The notes beneath the pieces were generated by a model, which made no database searches, was not told the DNA's origin, and worked only from the letters and a program-made list of their open reading frames with translations. Of a stretch of DNA of 64,000 bases, positions 37,602 through 54,100 are shown in pieces (position 1 is the stretch's first letter; each line of letters starts with the position of its first letter). This DNA comes from Octopus vulgaris (lineage: Eukaryota). Position numbers and translations under genes: made by a program. The stretch spans positions 1 through 64,000 of the forward strand of contig OX597827.1 of the NCBI GenBank assembly GCA_951406725.2. The letters run 5' to 3'.

Positions 37602-39727
37602 CTATCCGTTTTCTTTAGGGGACCAAAAACGTAACAGAAATTTAGTCACATGTGGGCATGATCCGAAAAGTTCTGTCCTTGTATTTAGACATGTGGTAGG
37701 GTCTAAGCTGCTTTTCCAGATAAGCCATCTCTCCATGTCGCATAAACCGCACCTTCCGCTGCCGTTAGTATAGGGCTTACATCTGGCCAAAATCTTCCAT
37801 TGTATGTTATAATCGACACCTTTATCTCTTAAAGACCAAATATGATTGGATAATTGTGTCGCTTTTCTTTTGTTCCAGTGCCTAAAGCTCAAAGTGTGGT
37901 TATTGAACCTGGCCTTGAAATTACCCTCTGTCAGGCCCACGTATTTCTTCGTCAAAACGGTGTCTTTAGTGGTTATAGAGTTTACGGTAGCCTCATATAT
38001 GATGGTCTTGGACATGCAAGCTCCATTTAGCGGGCACAATTCTTTATTCCTGCATGAACAGCTGTTTTCTTCTTGTGTTTTTTGTATGTTATGATTGATT
38101 ATGTTTTTAAAATTGGTAGTTGAACTAAAACTAATTTTTAAATTGTGTCTATTGAAGAGTTTCCTATAAGCATGGTTAACTGGAAAATGTCTATCTATCA
38201 GTGCTAGGAAATATTTACCTATATTGAAGGCCACCTCGGGTGAGTAAGGGGGCGTAAACCAGATGACCTTCCTATTTCTATTATTCCTTTTCTTTATTGT
38301 TGGGCTGGTGATAGGTGTATATTTTATTTTTTCGCTAAAACCACTATCTTTTAAAGCTTTATTATAAACTGGGGCAACGCTATTGAAGATGTCCTCATTA
38401 GATGAGAGGCTAGAAATCCTCTTACTAATATTTTTAACTAAATTTTTGAATACTATAGGGGGATGGCATGAACCTACATTAATATAACTTAGTCTATCAT
38501 TGGGCTTCCTATAAGGCTTATAAATATTATTATTAAGATCTAAGGAAACGTCTAAGAAATTGACAACCGTCAGGTTAGTGTCTATAGTTATACTAAGTCC
38601 GAAGTGTTTCATTAACTGGATAATATCCTTCCTAAAACGATCTTGTGCTGGTCCATTTGTATTAGCTGTTAAGGCGAGGGCATCATCTTTGTAGATGGCG
38701 AAATGTACGTTAGGGAATGTCTTACTGAAGGTATCTAGGAGAAAGAGTCCAATTAGATCACAGATGCCTGCCCCATCATATGAACCCATGCTCACATCGA
38801 AAGCGCCCTCCGTGTCGGTGTTTTTTACCCACTTTGCATTCTCACTGAAAAGTAATGTCTTTCTAGCATGGAAGATTATATCCTTATCATTGGTACTAAT
38901 TTCTATGAAGTCACTAGCGAAGATTAGGGCTTTATCTAGCAGTTCTTTAGAGATAGAGGCATAAAAATCAACAATATCGAATTGTGTAAACCTCGCTTTT
39001 TTCTTATTCTTAATAGCTTTAAACCAGTCTACGACTTCTATACTATTGGACCATTGCACTAGCCTAGTATCGGTCTTAATTTTCGTATTTATTTTATCTA
39101 AAATTTCTTTGCTAATAATCCCTAGTTCTGACTTGGCTGGGTTGATAAGCCTACATTTAGGATTGGAAAGGAAGTTTTCTTTGTGGTCTTTAATAGTAAT
39201 AAAGGCCTCTTTTTGGGGGAGGGTTTCTATTTTTTTATCTAATTTAAGTTTAGCGGCGATGACGCTAGCTTCTTTATTAATTTCGTTATATGTCTGTGCC
39301 CTAGCCTTAGTATAATTATTAATGATGCTGTTGTATAAGAGTTGTGTGTATTTGCTGTTATCTACCAGGTATAAGTTCTTGGTTTTATCCGAAAAAAGTG
39401 CTTTTTTCTTGGAGCTTTTTATATGATCAATATCTTTCTTCAATTTATGTTGGAAAATGTTAAAAGACTTACGAAACTTTATTTTGCTCATGATCTTCAG
39501 CAGGTCCGCTTCGAAATCTTCCAAGCCTTTAATCCTAGGAGGGAATTTTTGGATTTTATCCGATAGCAAATGTTTTCCTTGGTGTTCGCTTCTGTGTCAA
39601 AAAAGAAAGCCTTCCATCTCATACGCTTAATTACATCAGTAATTTTTTGCAGAAGTTTCTTAGAGTAAAAATCCTTTGATGGGATCGGTATATTTTTCAT
39701 AGAATAATCTATGTGATATGCGTCCAT
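37602..39727 (-). CDS. Penelope RT + C-terminal GIY-YIG polyprotein (one frameshift near 39550)
   Basis: DKT motif, FDIVDFY, MGSYDGA, YKDD, FLDV, CSCRNKELCPLNGAC linker, IIYEA...YVG, CGLC and CPH. Confidence 0.93.
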
Positions 39728-41641
39728 ATTAGATTCTTTTGTTTGTGAGAGTCCTCAACCGATGTTAGGCGATAATCCCAAAAAGGTCGTATTAGCTCTT
39801 AGTTGAGAATAACGTCGTCCGGGAGGTGATTTATTGATAAAACGGTAAGATAACAAAAGAAAGAAAGAGACCTCAATATTATGTAAATAGAGGAAATTTA
39901 TCTATACAATATGTTACATTACTCGGTAGTCAAGATAAAACTCTGAGTTTCAGATGCCGAAGTGGAAATCCACAACACCATCTCTTCGGTTATCTGGCTA
40001 TTTGAAAACGTTATGAAAAAATACCGTTAAAAATGAAGGGAAATTACTCTGTTATAACTCTGCTTTGCCTGCGTACTTATACATCGCTCGCATTTTTCGT
40101 CATAAAAATTATATAAAAATACATAAAAAATATATAAAAATATATAAAAATATATAAAATCTTCTTGGGACATAACACAGAAAGCATGTTCTATCCGTTT
40201 TCTTTAGGGGACCAAAAACGTAACAGAAATTTAGTCACATGTGGGCATGATCCGAAAAGTTCTGTCCTTGTATTTAGACATGTGGTAGGGTCTAAGCTGC
40301 TTTTCCAGATAAGCCATCTCTCCATGTCGCATAAACCACACCTTCCGCTGCCGTTAGTATAGGGCTTACATCTGGCCAAAATCTTCCATTGTATGTTATA
40401 ATCGACACCTTTATCTCTTAAAGACCAAATATGATTGGATAATTGTGTCGCTTTTCTTTTGTTCCAGTGCCTAAAGCTCAAAGTGTGGTTATTGAACCTG
40501 GCCTTGAAATTACCCTCTGTCAGGCCCACGTATTTCTTCGTCAAAACGGTGTCTTTAGTGGTTATAGAGTTTACGGTAGCCTCATATATGATGGTCTTGG
40601 ACATGCAAGCTCCATTTAGCGGGCACAATTCTTTATTCCTGCATGAACAGCTGTTTTCTTCTTGTGTTTTTTGTATGTTATGATTGATTATGTTTTTAAA
40701 ATTGGTAGTTGAACTAAAACTAATTTTTAAATTGTGTCTATTGAAGAGTTTCCTATAAGCATGGTTAACTGGAAAATGTCTATCTATCAGTGCTAGGAAA
40801 TATTTACCTATATTGAAGGCCACCTCGGGTGAGTAAGGGGGCGTAAACCAGATGACCTTCCTATTTCTATTATTCCTTTTCTTTATTGTTGGGCTGGTGA
40901 TAGGTGTATATTTTATTTTTTCGCTAAAACCACTATCTTTTAAAGCTTTATTATAAACTGGGGCAACGCTATTGAAGATGTCCTCATTAGATGAGAGGCT
41001 AGAAATCCTCTTACTAATATTTTTAACTAAATTTTTGAATACTATAGGGGGATGGCATGAACCTACATTAATATAACTTAGTCTATCATTGGGCTTCCTA
41101 TAAGGCTTATAAATATTATTATTAAGATCTAAGGAAACGTCTAAGAAATTGACAACCGTCAGGTTAGTGTCTATAGTTATACTAAGTCCGAAGTGTTTCA
41201 TTAACTGGATAATATCCTTCCTAAAACGATCTTGTGCTGGTCCATTTGTATTAGCTGTTAAGGCGAGGGCATCATCTTTGTAGATGGCGAAATGTACGTT
41301 AGGGAATGTCTTACTGAAGGTATCTAGGAGAAAGAGTCCAATTAGATCACAGATGCCTGCCCCATCATATGAACCCATGCTCACATCGAAAGCGCCCTCC
41401 GTGTCGGTGTTTTTTACCCACTTTGCATTCTCACTGAAAAGTAATGTCTTTCTAGCATGGAAGATTATATCCTTATCATTGGTACTAATTTCTATGAAGT
41501 CACTAGCGACTTATGTATTTTTATATAATTTTTATGACGAAAAATGCGAGCGATGTATAAGTACGCAGGCAAAGCAGAGTTATAACAGAGTAATTTCCCT
41601 TCATTTTTAACGGTATTTTTTCATAACGTTTTCAAATAGCC

Positions 41642-41704
41642 AGATAACCGAAGAGATGGTGTTGTGGATTTCCACTTCGGCATCTGAAACTCAGAGTTTT
41701 ATCT
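41642..41704 (+). ncRNA. Variant hammerhead in the Penelope terminal repeat (minus-strand copies at 37344-37406 and 39933-39995)
   Basis: AGATAA-CCGAAGA-GATG...CATCT-GAAA-CTCAGAG-TT^TTATCT. The core has C in place of U4. Confidence 0.55.
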
Positions 41705-42260
41705 TGACTACCGAGTAATGTAACATATTGTATAGATATATATATATATATATATATAAGTAAATATATATATAATCTACAGGATATCAAGTAGTTATGC
41801 AGTTTCAAACGGCTAAATTTAAATGAACAATACAAACATTACATCAATTTAAATGCAATGCCTTGTTCACCTGCATAAATAAAGAAATAGAATTTTAATA
41901 AGTAGGGTACTTTAATGTAATTGTTCTCAAATATTTTAAGAGAGCAAGAAGATGGAGAAATTCATATTGTCGCTATTTTAGTTAAGAATAGACTACACTT
42001 CCAAGAATTGCATGGAGCCTGGTTGGGGTGGGGGTCCTTGTGTTGTAAGGGATTGTAATTCATTTCTAAATCATTTATCTCTTTACAAACTACTAAATGA
42101 AAAACTAGAAATCTGTCTATTTTGAATAAATATATATGCTCTCCGTATATGTTTGCAATACTTCATGTATCATTGTCCTCAAATCAGCCAGCAGGTGGTC
42201 CAAACAATTTATTTCCAACATTAACTACTACTGCTGTTGCTGCTGCTGCTGCTGCTACTG

Positions 42261-42325
<65 letters not shown>

Positions 42326-42361
42326 GACTTCTCTCATATCCATATTTTGCTTCTTTTTCAG

Positions 42362-42476
42362 TGGTTTGTGATGAAAGCACAACATCAACTAACAATCGAG
42401 CTTTCTCTTGGCCAATGACAAAAATAGGAACTACTGCGGAGATCCCATGTCATGGAAATGTAGCCACCAGGCATTG
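42362..42476 (+). CDS. HRM (hormone-receptor motif) exon 1: MVCDESTTSTNNRAFSWPMTKIGTTAEIPCHGNVATRHC
   Basis: TTGCTTCTTTTTCAG acceptor, GTTCGT donor, phase 1-2. C...WPxTxxG....PC...ATRxC is the HRM signature of class B/adhesion GPCRs. Confidence 0.9.
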
Positions 42477-42714
42477 GTTCGTTTGTATTGATTTATTTCT
42501 ACTCAAAGTTTGAAGTTTTCAGCGTCATCCTACTGTGAGAGAATGTTACTTGGTAGAGCAAATAACAGTTTTATAGATTAACAAGATAGAATTAGACGTC
42601 TATCGGTTGCAATCTCTTGTCCCAGCATTTTTACATTTTATACATTATTTGATATAATTTAGCCTAGATTTACTTTGTCGCCAATATTATACAAAGCTTT
42701 CATTTCATTGGTTT

Positions 42715-43095
42715 TTATGTTCTGAGTTCAAATTCTGCTACGGTCGACTTTGCCTTCAATTTTTTCGGGTCGATGAAATAAATACCAATTGAGCACTGGG
42801 GTTGGTGTAAACGACTTATCCCTTCCCCTGAAATTGGTGGCCTTGTGCCAAAATTTGAAACCAATATTAGACAAAGCTTTATGGTGCTGAGCTGGCAGAA
42901 TCGTTACCATGCCGGACAAAATGCTTAGCAGCATTCATTCCGACTTTACATTCTGAGATCAAATGCCACCAGGGTCGACTTTGTCCTTCATCCTTTCGGG
43001 ATCGATAAAATAAGTACCAATTAAACACTGGGGTCTATGTAATCGAACTACCCCCGCCCCAAATAGCTGGTCTTGTGCCAAAATTTGAAATCAGC
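42715..43095 (+). mobile_element. Cluster of decayed tRNA-derived SINE copies
   Basis: Repeated GTCGACTTTG.CTT...CGAT.AAATAA.TACCAATT..CACTGGGG blocks; related pieces lie at ~7900-8060 and ~12605-12770 (minus). Confidence 0.7.
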
Positions 43096-43883
43096 ATTAT
43101 TCAAAGATTTAAAGATTCTTGTAAGTTCCAGAATTTCACAAAATAATTGTAGCAAAGAAAGCACATACCTAGATACAGTTAATAGAATCTATCAGTGATT
43201 CTGTTGGTTTCAGGCTAATATTATTTATTCAAATTTATGATTACTGTAGAGCTATATATCTTGCTAGTACATGATGGTCATCCTGGGATTTCACTCATCA
43301 CAGACTATGTAACACGGTCTCTCTTCTCTCATTTCTACCACGTCATTCCACAGGTTAAGCATCTAAATTGTTCCTCCCAGAGGCTGAGCTTTATTAGTTT
43401 TAAGACAAGACCAACTGGTGGAATTACTCAAATCTGTGCATATGTAGGAAAATATACATAAATCCATTGCTGCCGCTGTTGCTACTGATGTCTATGGCGT
43501 CGATATATTAGCAACTAATTCCCCCATTCAACTTGAACTAACAACTTGGCTCCTTAATTCTGCATCACTTACACCGTTCCAACTAATCTTGTATTGAATA
43601 ATCATAAAAACAAGAAATTATTGTAAATAAAAACAGATGCAGGAATATTGTTTTTATATCTGAACTCTAGTTAGAAAATATCTGACATTAGTTTTGAGGA
43701 TAGGGTTCAGGAGTAAATAATAGATTTCTCCCCCAAATGCAAGACACCATTTATCCTTCTTTCACTAAATTATGAGTTCAAATCACGACCAGTTCGAAGG
43801 TTTCTCATATTCCTCTGAGATTGATGAAATTCTCCTCAGAATGAATAAACTCGACTGACAATATTTAACATTTATTTTTTCAG

Positions 43884-44026
43884 TTCTTCCAGAACGATGC
43901 GGCATCCAGAAATGGCATCAAGTCAAAACCTGTCATCACAAAAGTGTTCACCGTTTACTGGTATCTGGCAAGAAGCAGACATGTCTCAATGTTACAGTGC
44001 AGAACAGAGCAAAGGCATTGATGATG
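43884..44026 (+). CDS. HRM exon 2: SSRTMRHPEMASSQNLSSQKCSPFTGIWQEADMSQCYSAEQ...
   Basis: TTTTTTCAG acceptor, phase 2, completes the TG|T Cys codon. GxWxxxDxSxC ends the HRM. The 3' boundary is uncertain because the GTGAGC donor at 44027 may be LINE-derived. Confidence 0.75.
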
Positions 44027-45311
44027 GTGAGCGAGCAAATGTTTTTAAATGACTTTTACAGTAGTAGAAGTAGCAGGATGAGAAGAAGTAATTTTTGTGA
44101 GTGACTTTCTGTCTGTTTAAATACGACCACTCTCGTGGGGGTGGGGGTGTTGAGTGTGTATGTGCCTGTTCCATTATGACTGTCCTGTGTGTGTGTGTGT
44201 GTTTGTAATTACAATGATTTATCAAAAGGTAATGCAACCTATTCTCCCGTTTGAGTCCTCCAGGAATGTGTCCATCTCGTTCAACGGCAAATCATTTGAC
44301 TCATTTATGGAAACGTTATGAAAGAATTTATTACTTTGGAGAGTTGAGTTCATTATTGTAATATCGTTAAAAGCACGTTTTCGTAAACATTCTGCAGACA
44401 GGCTGAGTAGAGAGAAGCAGAAAAACAACAGGGATGCGCCTGATGTGTGTTTTTTTTCTTTTTAGGGAGCCGGTTTCTGTTTGTGTTAGTAGATTTCGTG
44501 GGAGTGTGTTTGGAGCATGTATAGGTGACAATGTTTTCAAAGTGCTGCCATGCGGTCTCAATATGAGAGGAATTGAGAGTAAAAGACCAGTCGATGGAAG
44601 ACAGATCCTTTCTGATTGTTCCCCAGTCCGCTTTGTGGAAGTTTATGTTGTCAAATGGGTGCCATGGAGTGGGATTGGCTGGTTTGGTTTTTATATGTCG
44701 GGAATTAAGATTGCAGAGTACCATGTCGTGGTCTGAGAGGAGAGTTTTTCGACTGAAATACTGTGAACGTAGCTAGAGTGATTGGTCAATACCAGATCCA
44801 AGATCGTTTTATTCTGTCTCGTTGGTTCGAGCACTAGCTGAGTCAGGAAATACTCATCCATTAGATTAAAGAGCAGTTCTGCTGCTGCTCTATCTGATGT
44901 AGAGCACTTGCCTAACTTCAGAGTATTTGTGGGCCAGTTCACATGAGGGAGGTTAAAATCATCACCCATCACTAGTATGTTTCCGGAGTGGTACTTCCGA
45001 AGGAAGGACTTGACTTTGCTAAGGCACTCTTCAAAGTACTTTAGAGGTGCCTGGGGAGGCCTGTAAAGACCAACAATGGTTATTTCCTTGGCTTTGTTGT
45101 ATAGTGATACCGATTCACAGTAGCCATTGGAAAATATGTCCTTGGCATCAAGTGAAAAGGAGTCATGGATAAAGATGGCTGTCCCTCCCTTATTTTGGTC
45201 TGTGCGATCCGCACGAACAATGGTGAAATCTTTTATTTTCACCTCTGCGTCCATATGGGTGTTGTTCAGGTGAGTCTCGGTAAGGATAAAGAAAGGGAAG
45301 CAATGTGCCAT
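44005..45311 (-). mobile_element. Decayed LINE APE-endonuclease region (CR1/L2-like)
   Basis: LTETHL, RADR..KGGTAIFI, GLYRPP, MGD.FNLPHVNW, EPTR..ILDLVLT and NFHKADW motifs. Confidence 0.88.
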
Positions 45312-46379
45312 TTCGGCAAGCCAACTCTCTATATATGGGATCTTCCATTTATATCCTTTTATTTACACGATTTTTTTTATTTCATGTTCATTTCATTCAT
45401 CGTTTACAATGCTCTCTTCCCCCCCACACACACACTCCTTCTCTCTCTCACTCACATTCACACACACACAGATGGAATCAAACACCACGACATGAAGGAA
45501 AAGAGAAAAAGAGAGCACTTTTGGCGAGTGAGCAAAATATTGGTTTGAAAGCTGGACAGAGAAGCTAAAGGAGATGGACAGGAAGTCAAGAAAGGTCCTA
45601 ATAATGTATGGAGCCCATCATCCACGTGCAGACCTCGATCGCCGATACACGAAGAGAGCGAATGGAGAAAAGGGACTGATAAGTGTGGGAAACTGCGTGC
45701 GTTTCGAACTCGAAGGCTTAATGAGATACCGAACCCAAAGAAAGGAAACCTTGTTAGTGACAGTTAGGAATGAGGGAGTATTGAAAGCAGGAAAAACGAA
45801 GGAAGAAACACAAAAAGAAATGAAGAAGAATGGCGCAAGAAGAGAGAACACAATGAATTTCCATATAACAAAAAATAGGTGGGATTGGCTGATGAAAGGA
45901 ATTCTAAAGAAAGAGACCGAGAACACTATATTGGCAGCGCAAGAGTAAGCTTTGGCCACAAACTGGAGGGTCGACATTAGAATGAGCAAGTGTCCAGGAA
46001 CTCCCACAATGCAGGCCTCAAGGAACTCCTACAAAACCTGTGATAAAGAGAAATAATAATCAAAATAAAGAAATTTGACAAAAACTAATAAGTTGCTGAA
46101 AATATGTGGAGCTCAACATCCGAAAGCAGATATCAACCGACTGTAATTAAAGAAAGACCAGACTGGGAGATGCTTAATAGCAGTAGAAGAATGTATAGAG
46201 ATGGAAAAAAAAGCTTAGCCGAGTATTTACAATGTGGCACAGAAAAACTACTAAAGACTGAATAAAAGGCAGGTAAAAGCAGACTTCTCTTGCTATAATT
46301 CTAATGAAAAGGCCTGCAAGTGTGAAAAGTGCAGAAACTGTGTCCAAAAAGCCTAAATTAAGCGACGCGAGAGAGAAAA

Positions 46380-47480
<1,101 letters not shown>

Positions 47481-47917
47481 ATATGAATCTTTAGTCAAAT
47501 ATATTCAATGAGAATATTACATACTGAATATATATTGAGTGCTCTGTTGTATCAAAGTATTAATATTATTAAGGTATTTATATATTTAATGCGAGCGATT
47601 ATATATATTTTTAAATAATATATTATTATTAATATTAAGAATTCAATATCGGAAAACTTCACAGAAAGATATACACATGTGAAAAAAAATGGTTGTATTA
47701 AAAATATATAAATAAATAAATATAAATATTTATAAAAATATATGTATATATGTATACGTATAAATATATAATGTATATGACAGTTTATAAGTTTTGAATT
47801 AAATATTTAAACCTTTTTACGATCGTTTCACAGAAGTGCTGTCCCTATAATGAAATCCTATATTGGATACGTGTACGTGCACATAGATGCAAATAAATGT
47901 TTCTACATGTATAAATG

Positions 47918-49108
<1,191 letters not shown>

Positions 49109-49154
49109 TATATATATATATATGTTTACTTATGTATGTACATATGAATATAAA

Positions 49155-49228
<74 letters not shown>

Positions 49229-49470
49229 ACGTATGTATGCAAATGTGGGCTGATTTGCATATATGTATATATAAATAGATGAGTGTATTTTTACCTTGTT
49301 AACAATTAACACGGAAAAAATAAATAAATAGTTACCAGGGTAGCAAAAATCTCACAAGTAAAGATGTTGTAACTCATTGTTTATAAAGGTAGAAACTTCG
49401 TGTTTACGTTGAATATTTTGAATAATATATGAATAAATAAATGGAGTTTAACGCAGGTGTAATCAAATAT

Positions 49471-49945
49471 TTTTACTTTCGACACATGTTTCGACAATTC
49501 CACTGTTACTATTCAAAAGAATAAATGAAACAATGCAATCTTCTCTTCAGGAAGGTGAAAAAAGCGAAACTTGTCAATAAGACATTTTAGCAAAAAATGA
49601 TGGATTTGTAGAGTGATAGACAGCACGCTATTAATATTGTTTAAAAAAACGTTATATGGTATAACGTCATAAGTAGCTAACAGAAAGAGTAGGGATACCC
49701 ATAGTGAATGTTAAATATAAAGGAAATTAAAGTTTGAATTATATATAATTATAGAGACTACTTATATGCACTAAATGTATGTTTCTGCCAATGCTTACAT
49801 CTGTATGCTCGCTTTATAACCGTGTTTACTAGAGTATTTTTAGATAAAATAATGAAAAATAGCTCAGAATTGCAGAGAAGACAGAATTTCTTGCCTTTGT
49901 CATATGGTATCGAAATTGAGAGAATCAACCATTCTAAATGAAATT
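49471..49945 (-). mobile_element. PLE 3' fragment: GIY-YIG C-terminus + type I hammerhead (49471-49560)
   Basis: LEWLIL...PYDKGKKFCLLCNSE...CKH. The minus-strand HHR reads TTCACCTTC-CTGAAGA...GAAA-CATGTG-TC^GAAAGTAAAA. Confidence 0.8.
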
Positions 49946-49949
49946 GTTC

Positions 49950-50013
<64 letters not shown>

Positions 50014-50018
50014 CTATA

Positions 50019-50068
<50 letters not shown>

Positions 50069-50301
50069 TACATGGAACTGTGTATGTGTACAAACATGCA
50101 TTTATATGTGTTTATACATGTAGATGCAGATGTATTAATGTGAGTCTGTATGTTCGTATATATATATATTTATTTATAGTATGTTTAAGTGTATATGTGA
50201 TTATGAATGTATATTTTTATCTACGTATGTGGGTTTTATGTGCATCTATGACGTGTGTCTCATTTATAAATACAGCAATTATTTTCTATATCAATCCATA
50301 G

Positions 50302-50384
50302 GCTGGACCGAATCCTTCGCATTTCGTTTGATTTTAAACTCTTTCGACGAATATAAAAAACCTGCTGAGAACATATCAAGAGCC
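50302..50384 (+). CDS. Duplicated SEA-like exon 1: GWTESFAFRLILNSFDEYKKPAENISRA
   Basis: Paralog of 19495-19577 with intact AG/GT and the same phases. Confidence 0.7.
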
Positions 50385-50707
50385 GTGAGTAGATATCTGC
50401 CCTCTCTTTCTCCGAACACACACACACGCGCGCGCGCTGAACACGCGCACACATGCATACACTCACACACACACACACATGCATATTTTATACAAGAAAT
50501 GCAAAACGTCAATTTAAATAGTGAGTGAGCTCAATACGTTTCGTAGATAGTGATATCGATTTTATTAAATGATAACAGGTATTTTAAAGTTTAGCCTGAT
50601 TAGCTTAAACACATAAATACATACATATGTAAAATTATTTCCTTATCTGTATCTTTTTATACTACTCAAGGCTTTTAAATCAAACTTTGTTTCTTGAATT
50701 TAATGTA

Positions 50708-50762
<55 letters not shown>

Positions 50763-50777
50763 ATCTGGCTTTTGCAG

Positions 50778-50830
50778 ATGGAGCATGAGTTTTTAACCGT
50801 GACTGGAAAATTCAGAGTTGAATATCCTGG
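50778..50830 (+). CDS. Duplicated SEA-like exon 2: [18 protein letters not shown]
   Basis: Paralog of 34016-34068 with intact AG/GT. Confidence 0.7.
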
Positions 50831-51044
50831 GTAAGCAAAAGCTTCTAATACCTTTATTCAAATTTATTTTGTTTTGTTCCAAACATTCGATTTTATCGCA
50901 TGTATTAGACGTCACCATAATCAACAGTGTTGTACTTGTAACCCACAATATACTAATTCGTACCTTCGACGAAATGCTTAAGTGTTTTATCAATGTTTTA
51001 TTATACAAAGGACAAACAAACCCATATAAAGATATAGAGAGATC

Positions 51045-51106
<62 letters not shown>

Positions 51107-51130
51107 TATATACATACACATACATACCTA

Positions 51131-51162
<32 letters not shown>

Positions 51163-51169
51163 ATCTAAT

Positions 51170-54100
51170 AATTTAACATTACTTGAAAAGGTAGTGGGTA
51201 GCGAACTTCTTCACTACTTCAGGGAGTGACGACCCTGCCTGACACGAGTTCCGGGCTCAGCTGGCTCCAGCTGACAGTACCCGGTATGGGCCCCTATCCA
51301 GGGTTACGGAAAGGGGACAACCTTCAAAGAAATCCGGAGTGGAGCCCCGAAGGCGGTCTAGTGTTCGACTCGACACTCTTCTGGCAGCTCCTGCAACCAA
51401 GCTGCTGCCAAACGTAATGCACTGCGCTCCTTTGGACTACATCAGCAAGGTCGAGAGAGGAAACCTGACGATTGAGCTACCCAGGACTTTCTTATCTATA
51501 GCCCAGGCTTGCGCAAAACTGGAGATGACACTTCAGTGCTGCTGTAAAAAGCTGCAGAAACAACACGGGAGGTAACAGTCACGAGTGATAAGTCTATTCA
51601 GATTGGCGTAAAATATGGGCGCTACGGGTTACCTCTGACGGTGGGAGGGACCTCCGTGTCCTATTGGTTAGCTACTGCCCACCTCAAGCTGGGCAGCCCC
51701 CAGTTAATAAGGTGCTGACCCGCCACAGGTCGCCTGCTTCATTGGGTGATTGAAGCTAAGAGTTTGACTTGAAAAGCGGCCTGCAACCTCTGCACCAGGC
51801 AAACAACTAAAAGTCAAGAAAACACCAGTTGTGCGGTTGGCAAGCTGGAATGTCAGGACCATGTGCCCTGGAATATCTGATGATCTACTCAGGGTTGAAG
51901 ACACAAGGAAAACGGCCATCATTGACCGTGAACTAAAGAGGATCAACATAGATATTGCTGGGCTGCAGGAGACAAGTCTCCCCTCAAACGGAAAACTCAA
52001 AGAGCAGGATTTCACCTCCTTTTGGCAGGAAGCGATCCAGAAGAACCTCGTCAGCATGGCGTTGGCTTTGCAGTGAGAAACTCATTACTCTCCTCAATAG
52101 AACCACCATCAGGAGGCACTGAGCGTATCCCCTCACTGCGCCTCTCGACTTCTTCTGGCTCAGTACATCTACTCAGCATCTCTACTCCCACTCTCTACAG
52201 CTCAGAGGAGACCAAGTACCAGTTCTACAAAGATCTCAACTGTGTCATAGAAAATATACCAACGACTGAAAATATCTACCTTCTAGGGTATTTTAACGCT
52301 CGCGTGGGATCTGACCATGATTCGTGGCCCATTTGTGTTGGACACTTTGGTATTGGCAACATGAATGACAATGGTCAGAGACTACTCGTATTCTGCACAT
52401 ACCACAACCTGTGCATCACAAACACATTCTTTACCAACAAGCCTTCCCACAAGGCATCTTGGAGACATCCAAGATCTCACCACTGGCATCAGCTGGATCT
52501 CATCATTACACGGAGATCCTTTCTGAATTCTACTCTATTGACCCGCAGTTACCACAGCGCGGATTGTGACACAGACCACTCACTAATTAGAAGTAGGGTG
52601 AGGATTCTGCCTAAAAAAGTCCATCGCTTCAAGGAAGTGGGCCGACCACGCATTAACACTGCCAGAACCTCGGAACCTACACTGCGAAAATGTTTTGCTG
52701 CTTCTATCAAGGTTGCCTTCAGTAGCTTCCCAACCTCCTCTGCTGAAAGTAGGTGGAACTATATCAGGGAAGCTTTGTATACGACATCAATAGATACTTT
52801 CGGCATGAGAGAAAGGCAAAACCCAGATTGGTTCAATGCTGGGCTCTCAGAGCTGGAGCCAGTTATCAAAGCAAAGCGTGCAGCTCTGATGCAATACAAG
52901 AGTGACTCTTCTACAAAGTCACTCGAAGAACTCAGAAAGGCACGAAATAAAACCCAACTGACAGCCAGATGCTGTGCAAATAAGTATTGGCAGGAAATCT
53001 GTCAGAGTATCCAGTCAGCTGCTGACAGTGGCGACACCTGTGGGATGTATGCCGGTTTGAAGAAGGCCCTCGGTCCATCCGCAACCAAGTCAGCCCCTCT
53101 GGAGATCTCATCAGGGATCAAGGCAAGCAAATGGATAGATGGGTGGAGCACTAACAGGATCTCTACTCACGGGAGACTACAGTGGCTGAGGCTGCAGTCG
53201 AGAGTGTCAAGATCTTGCCAGTCATGTGCGAACTTGACAGTCCGCCATCTATAGCAGAGCTCACCAAGGCTGTTGACTCCCTAGCAAGAAATAAGGCTCC
53301 GGGAAAAGACGGAATACCCTCAGATATCGTCAAAGCCGGCAAAAACACCATCCTGCTTCGGCATCTTCATGAGCTTCTGTGTCAGTGCTGGGAAGAGGGT
53401 ACAGTCCCTCAGGATATGCGGGATGCTAACATCATTACGCTTTACAAAAACAAAGGTGACCGTGGTGATTTTAACAATTACCGTGGTATATCTCTTCTAA
53501 GCACTGTTAGAAAGACCTTTGCCCGCGTTATCCTGGCAAGGCTACAACTACTTGCTTCTCGTATCTATCCGGAATCGCAGTGTGGCTTTAGAAGAAGCAG
53601 ATCAACTATCGATATGATATTCTCCGTACGCCAACTTCAGGAGAAGTCCAGAGAGCAGAAAATGCCATTATATATGGCCTTCATTGATATAACAAAGGCT
53701 TTTGACTCGGTAAGCAGAACAGGCCTCTTCATCCTGCTCCAAAAAATCGGATGTCCACCAAAGCTGCTGAGGATCATCAAGTCTTTCCATGGTGACATGC
53801 AAGGCACCTTACAGCATAACGGTTCAACATCAGCCGCCTTCCAAATAAAAAACCGGGTAAATCAAGGTTGTGTCCTCGCTCCTACATTGTTTGGCATCTT
53901 CTTCTCGCTCTTACTCTCACAAGCCTTTCAGACATCAGATGATGGAGTGTTTCTGCACAGTAGAAGTGACGGGAAACTGTCCAATCTCTCGCGCTTGTGT
54001 GCCAAGACCAAAATCAGAAACGTCCTGATCAAGGAGATGCTATTTGCTGATGATGCCGCTCTGGTATCACACACAGAAGAAGCCCTCCAAAGGCTCATTG

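Larger units (their letters stand above)
37247..41735 (-). mobile_element. Penelope-like retroelement: full copy + 5'-truncated tandem copy (39836-41508) + inverted tail (~41509-41735), in (TA)n
   Basis: Direct repeat of ~37247-38918 at ~39836-41508, with an inverted terminal segment. This is the classic PLE partial-tandem structure. Confidence 0.95.

Noticed and set aside
47810-47890. Partial hammerhead on the minus strand (GAAACGATCGTA)
   Set aside because: No CUGANGA core or closing stem I was found.
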